Source: Eledone cirrhosa (lineage: Eukaryota). Taken from it: a DNA stretch of 64,000 bases. The stretch is from assembly GCA_964016885.1 (NCBI GenBank), contig CAXHJY010000279.1, forward strand, positions 1 to 64,000. Reading direction: 5' to 3'. Shown piece by piece: positions 13,538 through 28,092 of this stretch; the first letter of the stretch is position 1, and every line of letters starts with the position of its first letter. A program made the position numbers and the translations under genes. The notes below the pieces were generated by a model that worked only from the letters and a program-made list of their open reading frames with translations, was not told the origin of the DNA and did not search any database.

Positions 13538-14146
13538 GTCAGGTCACCAATTGGTGCTACTGGTAACATGTATCCCAGTACAACCTGTCTCATGGTCGGG
13601 TCGTTGGCGACTAAACTGACAACCCCACCAAGGTTTCTTGGTGAGGAAGGTGACTTTGGACATCCTGCAGGACTATAAACAAAACCTGTCAAAGGGCAAA
13701 GGACCTCTTAAGAGTCAATGGCCATCCAAAATCACTGGGAGAGATGACCCCTTAGCTTTTGTCAAGGCAGAATTCTAGGAGAAGGAAAACTCTGATATAA
13801 CACCTGCAACCCTAATGCTATCCAATGATGTTGACTTGTTCTTCTTCTTGGTAAATATCATCTTGGTTAAGAGAGTGGGACTGGCTTTGTGCAGTGCCTT
13901 TGCTCACTATAAAAGCTTCACGGCACAGGCATTTCTTTATATCTGGAGATCTCTCTGCATTTGTCGTCACATGGTACCATGGGCCCAGCAGCTCTGTGAC
14001 AATAATTGTCACAAGTGTAGTGTTTGTACCTGAGTTTTCAAGTCGCTGGCTGGACTAAAAAGTCACACTCGTTTAGCGCATCGGTAGGGGTTCTCCTACA
14101 TGGATATAAAGTAGTGGCCGTACTCGAAAACGAGTTGGCAGCCACC
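13538..14146. repeat. Dispersed element between (TA)n tracts; second partial copy at 17190-17655
   Basis: Near-identical sequence (both copies give MLSNDVDLFFFLVNIIL...). Confidence 0.85.
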
Positions 14147-14292
14147 ATATATATATATATATAAGTTGATGAGACTGGCATCGGTTTCACTGCTAGTACC
14201 AGTTGCATCTCACCGTACTCAATAGGTAATGTTATGTAAACTCCCACAGTAGACACATAGTTATTCAGTTCAATAGAACACATGTAAATATA

Positions 14293-14344
<52 letters not shown>

Positions 14345-15189
14345 GTTATGCAAGAAATGCTTAGGGTTATCCTAAATGCAGTAATGGTTAATTACTACAC
14401 TAGATAGAGTTGACGTACGGTGTGGGGTTACTCAACGAGTTATGGAAGAATAGTTGAAGAAACTCAGTTTCTGATCCTTCTGTATTCCGGAGTGTAGATA
14501 AAGAATGAATAATAACAGGTAGACATCATAAAAAGGTAATTTATTCCGAATGCTTACAAATGTTTCAACAGTAGTTATACAGACTAGTCATGCTATGTGC
14601 AAATTGGTAATTATATTAGTATATATATATATAGTTTCCTTGGGGGGATCGGGATATTCTTCAAGGAAATATCGATATCGAATTTGGTTACCATGGTTTC
14701 TTGGTGATGGTTAATAGGAGCACAGTAAAGTGCTAAAAGATAAGTTTATCCCGGGTTCAATTGGGGGTAACCATAGTAAGTAAAGTACTCAATATATAGC
14801 AGAGTATAAATATTTTTAAAAGATCAGCCAATGACCTCTACCCACTAGTAAACATATAAATACTACCGCATTATAATGCAAGTCGACTTTCCTTGTGATT
14901 TGCCTTCGAATGAAACAGTTCTAGATCTGTAGAAGCCATTTCTATATTAAATTTTGTTATATTAATATATTTGTATCTCTTAAATTCCTGGTCATTTGGT
15001 GTAAAGGTAAACGCACTTGGCCGAAAATCAATAAATACCGAGTCTGATTGTCTGTAGTGACAGCTGGCCACTTATTTTCTCACCTTAAGAATATTTTACC
15101 TGGTTTTATAAAGCTATAATCATTGTAGCGATTCTGTGTTGGATTTCAACATTTTTAATTCTTCTTCAACCACTTACTCCTGAGAGGGT

Positions 15190-15830
15190 TGTGGGGGCAG
15201 AGTCTTCAAACACTCCCTCCATCAGGTCCTGTCAGAAGCAACTGCCTCAAACTGATCCAGTTGGATCCCCAAGTAAGACCAGCCAGGCTCATGGATGTTA
15301 TCCAACCACCTTGCTTGGAGTCTACCCCTGGCTCTCCTACCTGTTAATTTTACCCATAAAATCTGTCCAGCAATTCTTTCCCCGAGACATTCTAACCCCA
15401 TGCCCATAGTACCGGAGCTGTGATCTCTTCATTCAGAGAAGTAGCAGCTCTATCTGGAGTGACTCTCTGATGTTCGAGCCACACACTTTATTGAGTAACG
15501 TTACTCCAAAGACTCTTCGGCGGAACCCCATTTCGGCCGCTTGTATTCGCAATCGTATTCTTTCAGTCATTACTCAGGATTCATAACCATAAGTAAGAGT
15601 CGGCACAAATACCAAATTGAAGATAGCGAGTTTGGCTTTTACACCTACCTCCCTTCTGCTGAAGCTGGTGCATTACTTTATCAACTTTTACAATTCTTGC
15701 ATTTAATTAAGCCTCCAGCCTTCCACCAATCGTGACCACGGCCCTGAGATACTTGAACTTCTCTACCTGCTACAGTGGAACTCCATTCACATGTAGCGTG
15801 CACTGTGCAGGCTTCCTTTATTTAAACTTA
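15190..15830 (-). mobile_element. Decayed RTE (BovB-like) LINE fragment
   Basis: G..GRRARGR...RWLDNI remnants on -; + strand has cggcggaacccca, gtattcgcaatcgtattctttcagtcat. Confidence 0.55.
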
Positions 15831-16263
15831 AATATCATCTTGATAAATCATGCAATATTAGGAGAACATGACCCTCTTCAAATATAATAATTGTTTCTAC
15901 TTTTGGCACAAGGCCAGCAATTATCCCAGTGTATTACTGCTACTTTATTTTATCGACCGCGTAAGGTTGAAAGGCAAAGTTAACCTCGGCGGGATTTGAA
16001 CTCAAACCATAAAGGACCGTAGCTCTTTGCTGCAAAGCATGGTGTCAGACCCTCTACCGATACTGCCAATCCACCGCTTAAATATAATATCTGTTTCAAC
16101 ACACGATTTTGTATCAAAAACCTTGCAAACCCAATAAATCACCACCACGATTGTTTTGTTTTTTAATATATAATTATTAATTTTTAATTATTAAATTTTA
16201 ATTTGTAACCTTTAATTTTTAATTTATAATTTTTGATTTTAATTTTTTTATTTTTTATTCCAG

Positions 16264-16401
16264 ATATAACATGTTACAAAGGTACCGGTATGACCTACAA
16301 AGGTCACTTCAATTTCACAAAATCCAAGTACCCCTGTCAAAATTGGAGTCTACAAACCCCGCACAAGCACAATTTCAATGTTGCCAACAGTACTCAATTA
16401 G
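16264..16401 (+). CDS. Ror: ROR-like gene exon: N-terminal (extra) kringle, first half (DITCYKGTGMTYKGHFNFTKSKYPCQNWSLQTPHKHNFNVANSTQL)
   Basis: ttccag acceptor, GTAAGG donor, 138 nt, phase 1-1; kringle signature CY-x-GxG-x2-YxG...CQxW...PHxH. Assignment to the Ror transcript is inferred from frame continuity. Confidence 0.85.
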
Positions 16402-16616
16402 GTAAGGATTGAATCTTATTGAATCTTACTAACAAACTTCAATTTTTTTAAAGGATAACATAATAGTTGTGTGTATTGTGTGTGTGTGTGTATTGTGTGT
16501 GTGTCTGTGTATTGTGTGTGTCTGTGTGTGAGTGTGTCTGTGTATTGTGTGTGCGTACGTTTTCAACCCCCAAAAGAAGGTTCTATACAGTCACTTGAAC
16601 TACTAAAGACAAAAGC

Positions 16617-16658
<42 letters not shown>

Positions 16659-16668
16659 CCACCATCTT

Positions 16669-16714
<46 letters not shown>

Positions 16715-16805
16715 CAGAAGGGATATTCAATTTGTTGGTAATTCAACAAATATAAATGTTTATAACTGATTCAGAGCACTCAACAGTTTTTCTGGAGTAT
16801 AATAT

Positions 16806-17142
16806 ACAATGATATTAAATAAATGGAAACTATATTTATAAAACCAGATTTATTCTATTATATATATTTCCAGGGTACCAAAATGTTGGTACGCTATCAT
16901 CAGATAAAATACGAAGTGTGTTTTATAAATTTTGACATAACCAAGGAGAATATACCTTAACGGTTCAAATTATCCCTGGATAGTCTATCCAGGGTTAGTT
17001 ATCAAGTTATATCAAAATTTATAAAACACACTTCGTATTTTATCTGATGATAGCGCACCAAACTTTTGGTTCCCTTGAAATATATATAATAGAATAAATA
17101 TGGTTTTATAAATATAGTTTCCATTTATTTAGTATCATTGTA
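16806..17142. repeat. Fold-back inverted repeat of hammerhead family H1
   Basis: Arms about 125 bp; the spacer contains its own hairpin ccctggatag-t-ctatccaggg. Confidence 0.92.
17036..17096 (+). ncRNA. Type I hammerhead (family H1); inverted twin at about 16851-16911
   Basis: tattttat-CTGATGA-..caccaaa..tttggt..-GAAA-tatata-TA-atagaata. Confidence 0.75.
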
Positions 17143-17686
17143 TGTATGTATATATATATATATATATATATGATGTCCATATATATATATGACATCATGC
17201 AGGACTAAAAACAAAACCTGTCAAAGGGCAAAGGAGCTCTTAAGAGTCAATGGTCATCCAAAATTACCAGGAGAGGCAGAATTCTAGGAGAAGGAAAACT
17301 CTGATATAACACCTGCAACCCTGATGCTATCCAATGATGTTGACTTGTTCTTCTTTTTGGTAAATATCATCTTGGTTAAGAGAGTGGGACTGGCTTTGTG
17401 CAGTACCTTTGCTCACTATAAAAGCTTCACGGCACAGGCATTGTTTTATATCTGGAGATCTCTCTACACTTGTCGTCACATGGTACCATGGGCCCAGCAC
17501 TATGTGTCAATGATTGTCACAAGTGTAGTGTTTGTACCAGAGTTTTCAAGTCGCTGTCTGAACTAAAATGTCACACTCGTTCAACGCATCGGTAGGGGTT
17601 CTCCTACATGGATATAAAGTAGTGGCCGTACTTGAAAACGAGTTGGCAGCCGCCATATATGTATATATATATATATCATCTATTCA

Positions 17687-17745
<59 letters not shown>

Positions 17746-17848
17746 ACCAGCATGTTTGTGTATGTATATATATATATATATGCATATATATATATGCACA
17801 AATATATATATATGCACAAATATATATATGCACATATATGTATATATA

Positions 17849-17961
<113 letters not shown>

Positions 17962-18429
17962 GAAGCTGAACCATCCAATATTTTCCCTCTTTGTTCTTCG
18001 GACTCTTGTTCCACACACACACAACACACACACACAGAGACACGCACACACACACACAGACATACACACACATACACATACATGTGCTGACATATGCTGT
18101 CACAGCAGCAATCTTAGAAACACCACATGTCTTTTAGTAGGGGTGGGTGGGTGGGTGGGCTAGATGTGGTTTCTGGGGATTTATGTTCCTAGGAAGGCAG
18201 GAGTGGGGGGGATGTGTAATGGGGAGTGAGGGTGAGGTGTTCAGTCTTCATAATCCTAGAACTAATTTGGTGTTCAGCAATTAAAGACTGCCCCCCCCCC
18301 CCCCCCCCGTTGTTCTTTTTCTTTCTCTCCTTCTCCTCTCCTTCTTCGCCTTCTTCTTCTTCTCCACCTCCTTCTCCCTCTCTTTCTTCTTCTTCTTCTG
18401 GATGGGTAGATAGACAGATAGACTGATGG

Positions 18430-19010
18430 TGGGATAAGGAGGCAGGCAGAGAGAAGGAGAGAGAGAAAGTGAAGATGTGGAAGAGAGAGAGAGATAAATA
18501 TATTGATAGAGTGAGGGTGGTTGAGAGAAAGATAGAGAGAGAGGATGAGAGATAAATATATAGACAGTGGTTGAGAAAGAGGGTAAGAGAGAGAGATATA
18601 GAGTGAGGGTGGGGAAAACGAGATAAATACAGAGAGTGAGGGAGAGAGAGAGTGGGGGTGGGGAAAAGAGAGATAGTGAGGGTGGGGGAAAGAGAGATAA
18701 ATACAGAGAGTGAGGGTGGGGGAAAAGAGAGATAAATACAGAGACTGAGGGAGAGAAAGATGAGAGAGAGAGAGTGGGGGTGGGGAAAAGAGAGAGAGAG
18801 ATAAATATATAAATAGATATTGAGGGTGGGGGAAAAGAGATATAAATACAGAGAGTGAGGGAGAGAAAGAAGATGAGAGAGAGTGGGGTGGGGAAAAGAG
18901 AGAGAGATAAATATATAGATAGGTAGTGAGGGTGGGGGAAAGAGAGATAAATACAGAGAGTGAGGGAGAGAGAGAGAGTGGGGGTGGGGAAAAGAGATAG
19001 AGAGAGGGTG
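18430..19010. repeat. GA-rich minisatellite (gagtgagggtgggggaaagagagataaata)
   Basis: Direct reading. Confidence 0.9.
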
Positions 19011-19144
19011 TTTAACCATTGTCCTGTGATTTATGGCAGTCTCTTATTCTAATCTTGATTATTACCATAACAACAACAACAATAATACACAGCTGCTGAT
19101 GCTGCTGCTGCTGCTACTACTCCTTCCTCTGCCTTCATATTATT

Positions 19145-21458
19145 ACCACCACCATCATCATCACCATCACACCAACATAACACCACCATTGCCACCACCA
19201 CCACCACCACCACCACCACCATCATCATCACCATCACACCACCATCATCACCACCATCATCACCACCATCACACCAACATAACACCACCATTGCCACCAC
19301 CACCACCACCATCATCACACTAACATAACACCACCACCACCACCACCACCACCATCATCATCACCATCACACCAACATAACACCACCATTGCCACCACCA
19401 CCATCATCATCATCATCACCATCACACCAACATCACACCAACATAACACCACCATTGCCACCACCACCACCATCATCATCACCATCACACCAACATCACA
19501 CCAACATAACACCACCATTGCCACCACCACCACCACCACCATCATCATCACCATCACACCAACATAACACCACCATTGCCACCACCACCACCACCACCAT
19601 CATCATCACCATCACACCACATAACACCGCCATTGCCACCACCACCACCACCATCATCACCATCACACCAACATAACACCACCACCACCATCACCATAGC
19701 AGTCCCGCCATCATCACCACCACTGCTACTACCACCACCACCACCACTTTCACAGTATCACCACCACTATCACAATCATCACACTCCCATCATTATCACT
19801 ACCACACCACTACCACCACCATCACACTCCCACCACCACCACCACCACCACTACACCACCACCACTATGCCACCACTACACCACTACGCCACCACTACAC
19901 CACTACACCACTAACGCTACACCACTACCACCACCACCACTACACCACCACCACTACACCACTACACCACCACCACTACGCAACCAACACTACACCACCA
20001 CCACTACACCACCACCACCACCACTACACCACTACACCACCACCACTACACCACCAACACTACACCACCACCACTACACCACTACCACCACCACCACTAC
20101 ACCACCACCACTACACCACCAACACTACACCACCACCACTACACCACTACCACCACCACCACTACACCACTACACCACCACCACTACACCACCACCACTA
20201 CACAACCAACACTACACCACCACCACTACACCACCAACACTACACCACCACCACTACACCACTACCACCACCACCACTACACCACCACCACTACACCACC
20301 ACCACCACTACACAACCAACACTACACCACCACCACTACACCACTACCACCACCACCACTACACCACTACACCACCACCACTACACAACCAACACTACAC
20401 CACCACCACTACACCACTACACAACCAACACTACACCACCACACCACTACACCACTACACCACCACCACTACACCACTACCACCACCACCACTACACCAC
20501 TACACCACCACCACTACACAACCAACACTACACCACCACCACTACACCACCACCACTACACCACCACCACTACACCACTACACCACCACCACTACACTAC
20601 ACCACCACCACTACACCACTACCACCACCACCACTACACCACTACACCACCACCACTACACCACCACCACTACACCACCAACACTACACCACCACCACTA
20701 CACCACTACCACCACCACCACTACACCACCACCACTACACCACCACCACTACACCACTACCACTACCACCACTACACCACTACACAACCAACACTACACC
20801 ACCACCACTACACCACCACCACTACACCACCACTACTACACCACTACACCACCACCACTACACCACCACCACTACACCACCACCACTACCACCACCACCA
20901 CTACACCACCACCACTACACCACCATCACTACCACCACCACCACTACCACCACCACCACTACACTACTACACAACCAACACTACACCACCACCACTACAC
21001 CACCACCACTACACCACCACCACTACACCACCACCACTACACCACCAACACTACACCACCACCACTACACAACCAACACTACACCACCACCACTACACCA
21101 CCACCACTACACCACCACCACTACACAACCAACACTACACCACCACCACTACACCACCACCACTACACCACCAACACTACACCACCACCACTACACCACC
21201 ACCACTACACCACCACCACTACCACCACCAACACTACACCACCACCACTACACCACCACCACCACTACACCACCACCACCACCACCACCAACACTACACC
21301 ACCACCACTACACCACCACTACTACACCACTACACCACCACCACTACACCACCACCACTACACCACTACACCACCAACACTACACCACCACCACTACACC
21401 ACCACCACTACACCACCAACACTACACCACCACCACTACACCACCACCACCACCACCA
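19145..21458. repeat. (CAC)n-based minisatellite (caccaccaccacta / aacataacaccaccattg units)
   Basis: Direct reading. Confidence 0.97.
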
Positions 21459-21665
21459 TCTATTAACTCTTCTTATTCTCTATATATTTCTATTGCCACC
21501 AATTTCCTGTGACATGGCAGTAAATCACTTCACCATCCCCCACCTCCAGCTCTCTACCCCTCCTCCTCTCTGTCCCTGGGTCCCACCTAATATGTGTGTG
21601 TTAAGGGAGAGGGATAATATGAGTGTGTGTGTGTGTATATATATATATACACATACATATATATA

Positions 21666-21717
<52 letters not shown>

Positions 21718-21753
21718 CATATATATATATATATATGTGTGTATATATATATA

Positions 21754-21795
<42 letters not shown>

Positions 21796-22431
21796 GTGAA
21801 ATTATAAAACCAGAAGAACATATATATATATATACATATGTCTATATATATATATATGCATTATATATAGTGTATATATGTATATACACACATATTACAT
21901 ATCATGTGTATATTTGCATATATATATATACATTATATTTAATGTGTGTATATGTATTTACACATACATTATATATCATGTGTTACAAATTCATCAATCA
22001 TATTGATATGTAGACATCTGGTCACACAGACAGACACACTGCCAGACAGGCTGCAGACAGACAGACAGATTAACAGACAGACAGACTGACTGGCAGACAG
22101 ACAGCCACACAGACAGACAGTCTGACTGGCAGACAGACTTCCACACAGACAGACTGTCACATGGACAGCTGACATGGAAGATACACCCCCTTACTAGAAT
22201 TCTTTCTTGCACACAAACGCACACACTGTCATGTATACACACATACATGCACTCACACACCAATACATAAACATACATGCACTCCCACACCAATACACAC
22301 ACACACACTGACAGACACCCACCCACCAGTTCTAGTCTGTAGAAGCCATTTCTATATTAAATTTTGTATATACTCTACTAATGTATTGAGTACTTCACTT
22401 ACTGTGGTTACCCCCGATTGAACCTGAGATA

Positions 22432-22466
<35 letters not shown>

Positions 22467-22805
22467 CGAAGGAGATGTAGTAAGGAACCAGATGGACCAG
22501 CCATCAAAACGGCTTGAGCTCTGCCATCGGGGTCTTGAACATTTTCCTATATACTCGTATATATATTATTTAGGTCTGTTGGTTCACCACTGGATAGAAC
22601 TGGTCATTCCGTATGGTCAACTTCGATGTAATATTATGGAAAGCACTCAACGTAATGCAACTCACCCGTCTTCGTTTGGGTAGTTGGTGTAGTTGAGGGT
22701 GGCCGACTGCGGTAGAAGCTGCTAAATGGTCGGTCATCCTATCCTCTTGTCTCTGATTTTCAGCCCCATGGATTTTATCTGTTATATTCCTTTGTTATAT
22801 TTTGA

Positions 22806-22863
22806 ATACCTGATGATGTCACCGGATTCATACTGAACCCGGTCTTTGAAATGATCATAGTAT
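22806..22863 (+). ncRNA. Type I hammerhead ribozyme motif
   Basis: atac-CTGATGA-..accgg...ccggt..-GAAA-tgatca (palindromic stem III)-TA-gtat. Confidence 0.72.
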
Positions 22864-23060
22864 AATAAACCTTTCAAGGATTTACACCAGTCCAGCCTCC
22901 TCTTATTTTATAATATATATATATATATAGGGATATTTAATTTGTTGGTAATTCAACAAATATAAATGTTTATAACTGATTCGAAGCACTCGACAGTTTT
23001 TCTGGAGTATAATATTCAATGATATTAAATAAATTGAAACAATATTTATAAAACCATATT

Positions 23061-23121
23061 TATTCTATTATATATATTTCAAGGGTACCAAAACTTTGGT
23101 ATGCTCTCATCAGATAAAATA
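23061..23121 (-). ncRNA. Type I hammerhead (family H1)
   Basis: tatatatttcaagggtaccaaaactttggtatgctctcatcagataaaata on +. Confidence 0.72.
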
Positions 23122-23350
23122 AAAAGTTTGTTTTATAAATATTGACATATCCAGGAAGGAGATTTTAACGGTTCAAGTTTTTCCTGTATATATATATCAT
23201 CATATATATATATATATATAGGAAAAGAGTCAGGACCCCGACAGCTGAGCTCTGGCCGTTTTGACAGCTAAATCTGAACTCTACTACACTAGGTATGAGT
23301 ACTCTGGTGCGTTATGGTCCACCTGGTTTCTTGCCACACTTTCTTTGTTA

Positions 23351-23671
23351 TATATCTAAAACAGAGAATGTCTGTCTGTCTAACTCCCTAAAACTCGAGA
23401 ACCACCCAACCGATAGTTTTCAAACTTTACACATGTAATACTTATGGTCCTGTGAGTGTTTTGAGCAAAACATATTTCAAATTTTCGATGCCCTAGGGAC
23501 CGCATAGGGCGATTTATCGATGTCTCTCTATAATTCTTAGTCTTCCTTTTTAGATAAATACATAGATATAACGTTGCACCCTTATAATATCTGTCTGTAT
23601 GTCTGGCTGTCTGCATTACGACATTATGACGTCGCTATCTGTGTATGTGTCTGTGTATATATGTATATATA

Positions 23672-23722
<51 letters not shown>

Positions 23723-24259
23723 TATAGTGTGTAACGTTTTTCGAAATATTTACTTCTGCGTTCACAGATTGATTTTTTTTTAGTTTCAGAAGATCCCATT
23801 AAGGGTGAAAGCAGCAATTCTTTGCTTAAACTTTAATCTGTTATTTTATCTGTTATAATATATGTAAAAAAAAAAAAGGGAACGATCGACTTTTGTCAAA
23901 TCGGACCGAGGGAACAATGTTTCCGTTGGTCTTTCCAATTGCTAATACTATCTATCGGTCGCAACTCCAGGTAGAAGGAGCAACGTGAAATAAAGTGTCT
24001 TGCTCAAGGACATAACGCATCACCTGGTCCAGGAATCGAACTCACAACCTTACGATTGCGAATCCAATTCTCTAACCACTCAGCCACACGCCTTCACTAT
24101 TTATATATAATTATATATTCGTGTACAGATATTTTTGCTTACACAATAACAAAATATAAACAAACGAATTTATTTCATGAGGCTCGATAAGGATAAATAT
24201 ATATCAAATATATAAGAACCCCAGAGCAAATCCCAAGAAACGCCGGGCCAGTCTGCTAG
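23351..24259 (+). mobile_element. Probable non-autonomous Helitron-like element with nested insertions
   Basis: 5' tatatctaaaacagagaatgtctgtctgtc...ctcgagaaccacccaaccgat; 3' aacgccgggccagtctgCTAG-T. Confidence 0.55.
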
Positions 24260-24348
24260 TATATAATAAAGTAGAAGGTAATAAGGTTTGACTATCCCAT
24301 ACGATACTTATCATATGTATTTATATATTTCCTTTGTATTTTTTATAG

Positions 24349-24453
24349 GTGACCACAATTTCTGCCGTAACCCTGGCAATGAAGAGGACAGGCCTTGGTG
24401 CTTTACAACCAATGAGAATGTCCGTAAGGAAATTTGTGACATCCGCAACTGTG
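24349..24453 (+). CDS. Ror: ROR-like gene exon: N-terminal kringle, second half ([35 protein letters not shown])
   Basis: ttttatag acceptor, GTAAGT donor, 105 nt, phase 1-1; NFCRNP...PWCFT kringle motif. Confidence 0.88.
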
Positions 24454-25935
24454 GTAAGTTATTGTATTATATCATACACCCAGTCTAAGTCTAAAGTCTG
24501 TCTTAAGCCAGAAGGCTCATTTGACCGGTGCTTATCTCGGTTTCATGGCGTGAAGCGACTGAGAGTACAAGACTCCCCCTGGACAGGACACCAGTCCATC
24601 ACAGGGGTAAACCTCCAGCTATTGCTGGTACTCATTTTCAGCTGAGTATACTGGAGCAACGTGAAATGAAGTGTTTTGCTCAAGAACACAACACGCAGCC
24701 CAGGAATCGAACCCACGACATTATGATTGTAAGTCCAACACTCTTACCACTAGGCCACCTGCCACTCTGTAAAGTGGTTGGTGATAGGAAGGGCATCCAG
24801 CCAATTGTGTCAAAGGGATATCAACCTCCCATACACGTAAATCCACACACACATGCAGAAACATACAAAGACACTCACACATGCAGGTAAAATTTACCTC
24901 AATATATATATCAGGTACGATGCAGCCGGACTTGTCTCCTGATGGGAGCAATCCATCTAAGCCATGGAAAAACAGACGTTAAACGGTGATGATAGTGATG
25001 ATGATGATGATATATGTAGGTGTCACGACAAAAAGTACCCAGCACGCACTGTAAATGTGGTTGGTGTTAGGAAGGGCATCCAACCTGTCAGAAACTCTCC
25101 TATATGAGCGAGACAGTCACCCAACCCAACTTGCCTCTAATTGGGACAAACCCATCTAACCCATGCTAGCGTGGAAGATGGACGTTAAACGATGATGATG
25201 ATGAGGATGATTATTGGGAAATGTTTTTTTGTGATATTACTCATATGAAATAATTGTTTCTACTTTTGACACAAGGCCAGCAATTACCCAGTGCATTACT
25301 GGTACTTTACTTTATCGACCCCGTAAGGATGAAAGGCAAAGTTAACCTCGGCGGGATTTGAACTCAGACCGCAAAGGGACGCAACTATGCTGGAAAGCAT
25401 GTCAGACCCTCTACCGATCTGCCAATTCACCATCATATGAAATAATGTAGCCAATTATCCACATAATACAATATAGTTAGCACCCCAAACGTTTCATCAT
25501 TTCATTTTACGTCCACTTTTTCCATGCTTGCAAGGGTGGGACGGGAACTGATACTGGCTTGATTTCTACAGCTGGATGCCCTTCCTAACACCAACCTCAT
25601 TTACACTGAGTGCTGGGTGCTTTTTTGCCGTGGAACCTCCACAACCACTTTGCAGTGGAATGATATGGACCCCAGTCCCTATCATCTCATTTCTACAGCT
25701 GAGTAAACTGGAGCAATGTGAAATAAAGTGTCTTGCTCAAGGAAACAACACATCACCCGGTCTGAGAATTGAACTCACAACCTTTCGATTGCAAGGCCAA
25801 TGCTCTAACCACTAAGCCATGTGCCCCTTTAATTGGGAATATACTCAGGTATTTCCTAATGTTTGTTGAGTGAGTTGGAATTTGGCCGAAGTATCGCTTT
25901 TAGTTTTCTCCGATTATGTATTTATATATATATAT

Positions 25936-26084
25936 AAATTAGGTAGTAACATGTGCTTATGGCGTATTTGACTAAATATAATTAGTCGGTTAGTTGGGTT
26001 TTAAAAAAACCCTCTGAATATCCCAACTAACAGACTAATTCTATTTAGTCAAATACAACAAAAGCACATATTACTACCTAATTT
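25936..26084. repeat. Inverted repeat (about 63-bp arms)
   Basis: aaattaggtagtaacatgtgctt...gttagttggg / cccaactaac...aagcacatattactacctaattt. Confidence 0.85.
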
Positions 26085-26464
26085 TCAAATTCGCTAGCTG
26101 TTTGTAAACAAAGCCTGCTTTGTGTCTCCATATTTATACATATGTATATATATATATAGTCCTATGCGAGCAAGACAACCACTCTTGCCTCAAGTGGGAA
26201 AACTCCCGTCCAAACCCATGCAAGCGTGGAACATGGATGTTAAACGATGATGATGATGATGATATATATATGAGGGAGAGTGAGAGAGAGACTGGCGGAG
26301 AAAATGACGAAAGAACGCAACAAATGGAGAGATGCCGTACTGACAATGACCCGTCCAACCCATGCAGGCATGGAAAAGCAGACATAAACACAATGAGGAT
26401 GATGATGATGATGATATATATATTCCTGATGATTTCTCACGAACGAATTCAACCCGGAATAACT

Positions 26465-26491
<27 letters not shown>

Positions 26492-26495
<4 letters not shown>

Positions 26496-26544
26496 TTCCT
26501 GATGATTTCTCAAGAATGAAACAGTTCTAGTCCTGTAGAATCTC
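26492..26544 (+). ncRNA. Type I hammerhead (family H2), copy 1 of a tandem
   Basis: gagattc-CTGATGA-tttctcaagaat-GAAA-cag ttctagtc ctg-TA-gaatctc (7-bp stem I, GUA cleavage triplet). Confidence 0.85.
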
Positions 26545-26628
26545 TTCTATATCAAAACCTTTATACTCTGCTATATATTGAGTACCTTACTTACTGTGGT
26601 TACCTCCGATTCAATCCGGAATAACTTA

Positions 26629-26659
<31 letters not shown>

Positions 26660-26663
<4 letters not shown>

Positions 26664-26712
26664 TTCCTGATGATTTCTCAAGAATGAAACAGTTCTAGTC
26701 CTGTAGAATCTC
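26660..26712 (+). ncRNA. Type I hammerhead (family H2), copy 2 of a tandem
   Basis: Identical motif 168 bp downstream; a related copy lies at about 12865-12912. Confidence 0.85.
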
Positions 26713-27040
26713 TTCTATATCAAAACCTTTATACTCTGCTATATATTGAGTACCTTACTTACTGTGGTTACCCTCAATTCAACCCGGAATAACTTACCTA
26801 TATATATCTTTGTGTTCCCATGCAAATCTGTTTATCTGCTACGCAACATATTATATCGGCTTTGATATCCAAATTCGTATTTGGAACATACGACATTTGT
26901 AATATCATTGAATGTGTAGAAATTGGCAACACTAGATAATATCTAATTGTCTGGTTCATTATAATTATTATAGTTTAGATTGACAGACAGACAGACACAC
27001 ACACAGACACACACACAGACACACACGCACACGCACACAC

Positions 27041-27117
27041 ATTGGGTCGTCAAGTATGAAATTTGTGGAAATTTCTTTTTTTTTCTATAAATTTCTACAA
27101 ATTTCGTACTTGACAAC

Positions 27118-27122
<5 letters not shown>
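27041..27122. repeat. Short inverted repeat next to (TA)n
   Basis: attgggtcgtcaagtatgaaatttgtggaaattt / aaatttctacaaatttcgtacttgacaacccaat. Confidence 0.85.
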
Positions 27123-27172
<50 letters not shown>

Positions 27173-27219
27173 TGATTATATATATATATACTGTATATAT
27201 ATATATATATATATATATA

Positions 27220-27266
<47 letters not shown>

Positions 27267-27485
27267 CTGAATATATATATGTATATATATATACTGTATA
27301 TATATATATGTATATATATATATACTATATATATACTATATATATATATATATACTATATATATATATATGTATATATATATACTATATATATATATATG
27401 TATATATATATACTATATATATATATACTATATATATATATACTATATATATATATATATACTATATATATACTATATATATATA

Positions 27486-27516
<31 letters not shown>

Positions 27517-27740
27517 CTATATATATATACTGTATATATATATATATATATATATACTATATATATATACTGTATATATATATATATATATATATACTAT
27601 ATATATATACTGTATATATATATATATATATATATACTATATATATATATATATATATACTATATATATATATATACTATATAGATATATATATATATAC
27701 TATATATATATATATACTATATAGATATATATATATATAC

Positions 27741-27765
<25 letters not shown>
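27121..27765. repeat. (TA)n with C/CTG interruptions
   Basis: Direct reading. Confidence 0.97.
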
Positions 27766-27772
<7 letters not shown>

Positions 27773-28022
27773 AATATAGTCTATGTTGGAATGGTAATAA
27801 AAGCTGTGAAGTGTATAAGAAATTAGTCTGAACCAGAGAGAATTATGTGGAAGATTGAGTTATTAATGAGAGAACATAGAATGGAGTTTGGCTATAATGG
27901 TTATTTTAGAGAACTTTACTTTGGATCTGTGACTGACATCAAAGGTATTACATGTATGGTGCAGTGTCTACAGGAAACTTATCTTGTATAACTGGGGAAT
28001 CATTCTAGCTATATGTGGGTAA

Positions 28023-28092
<70 letters not shown>

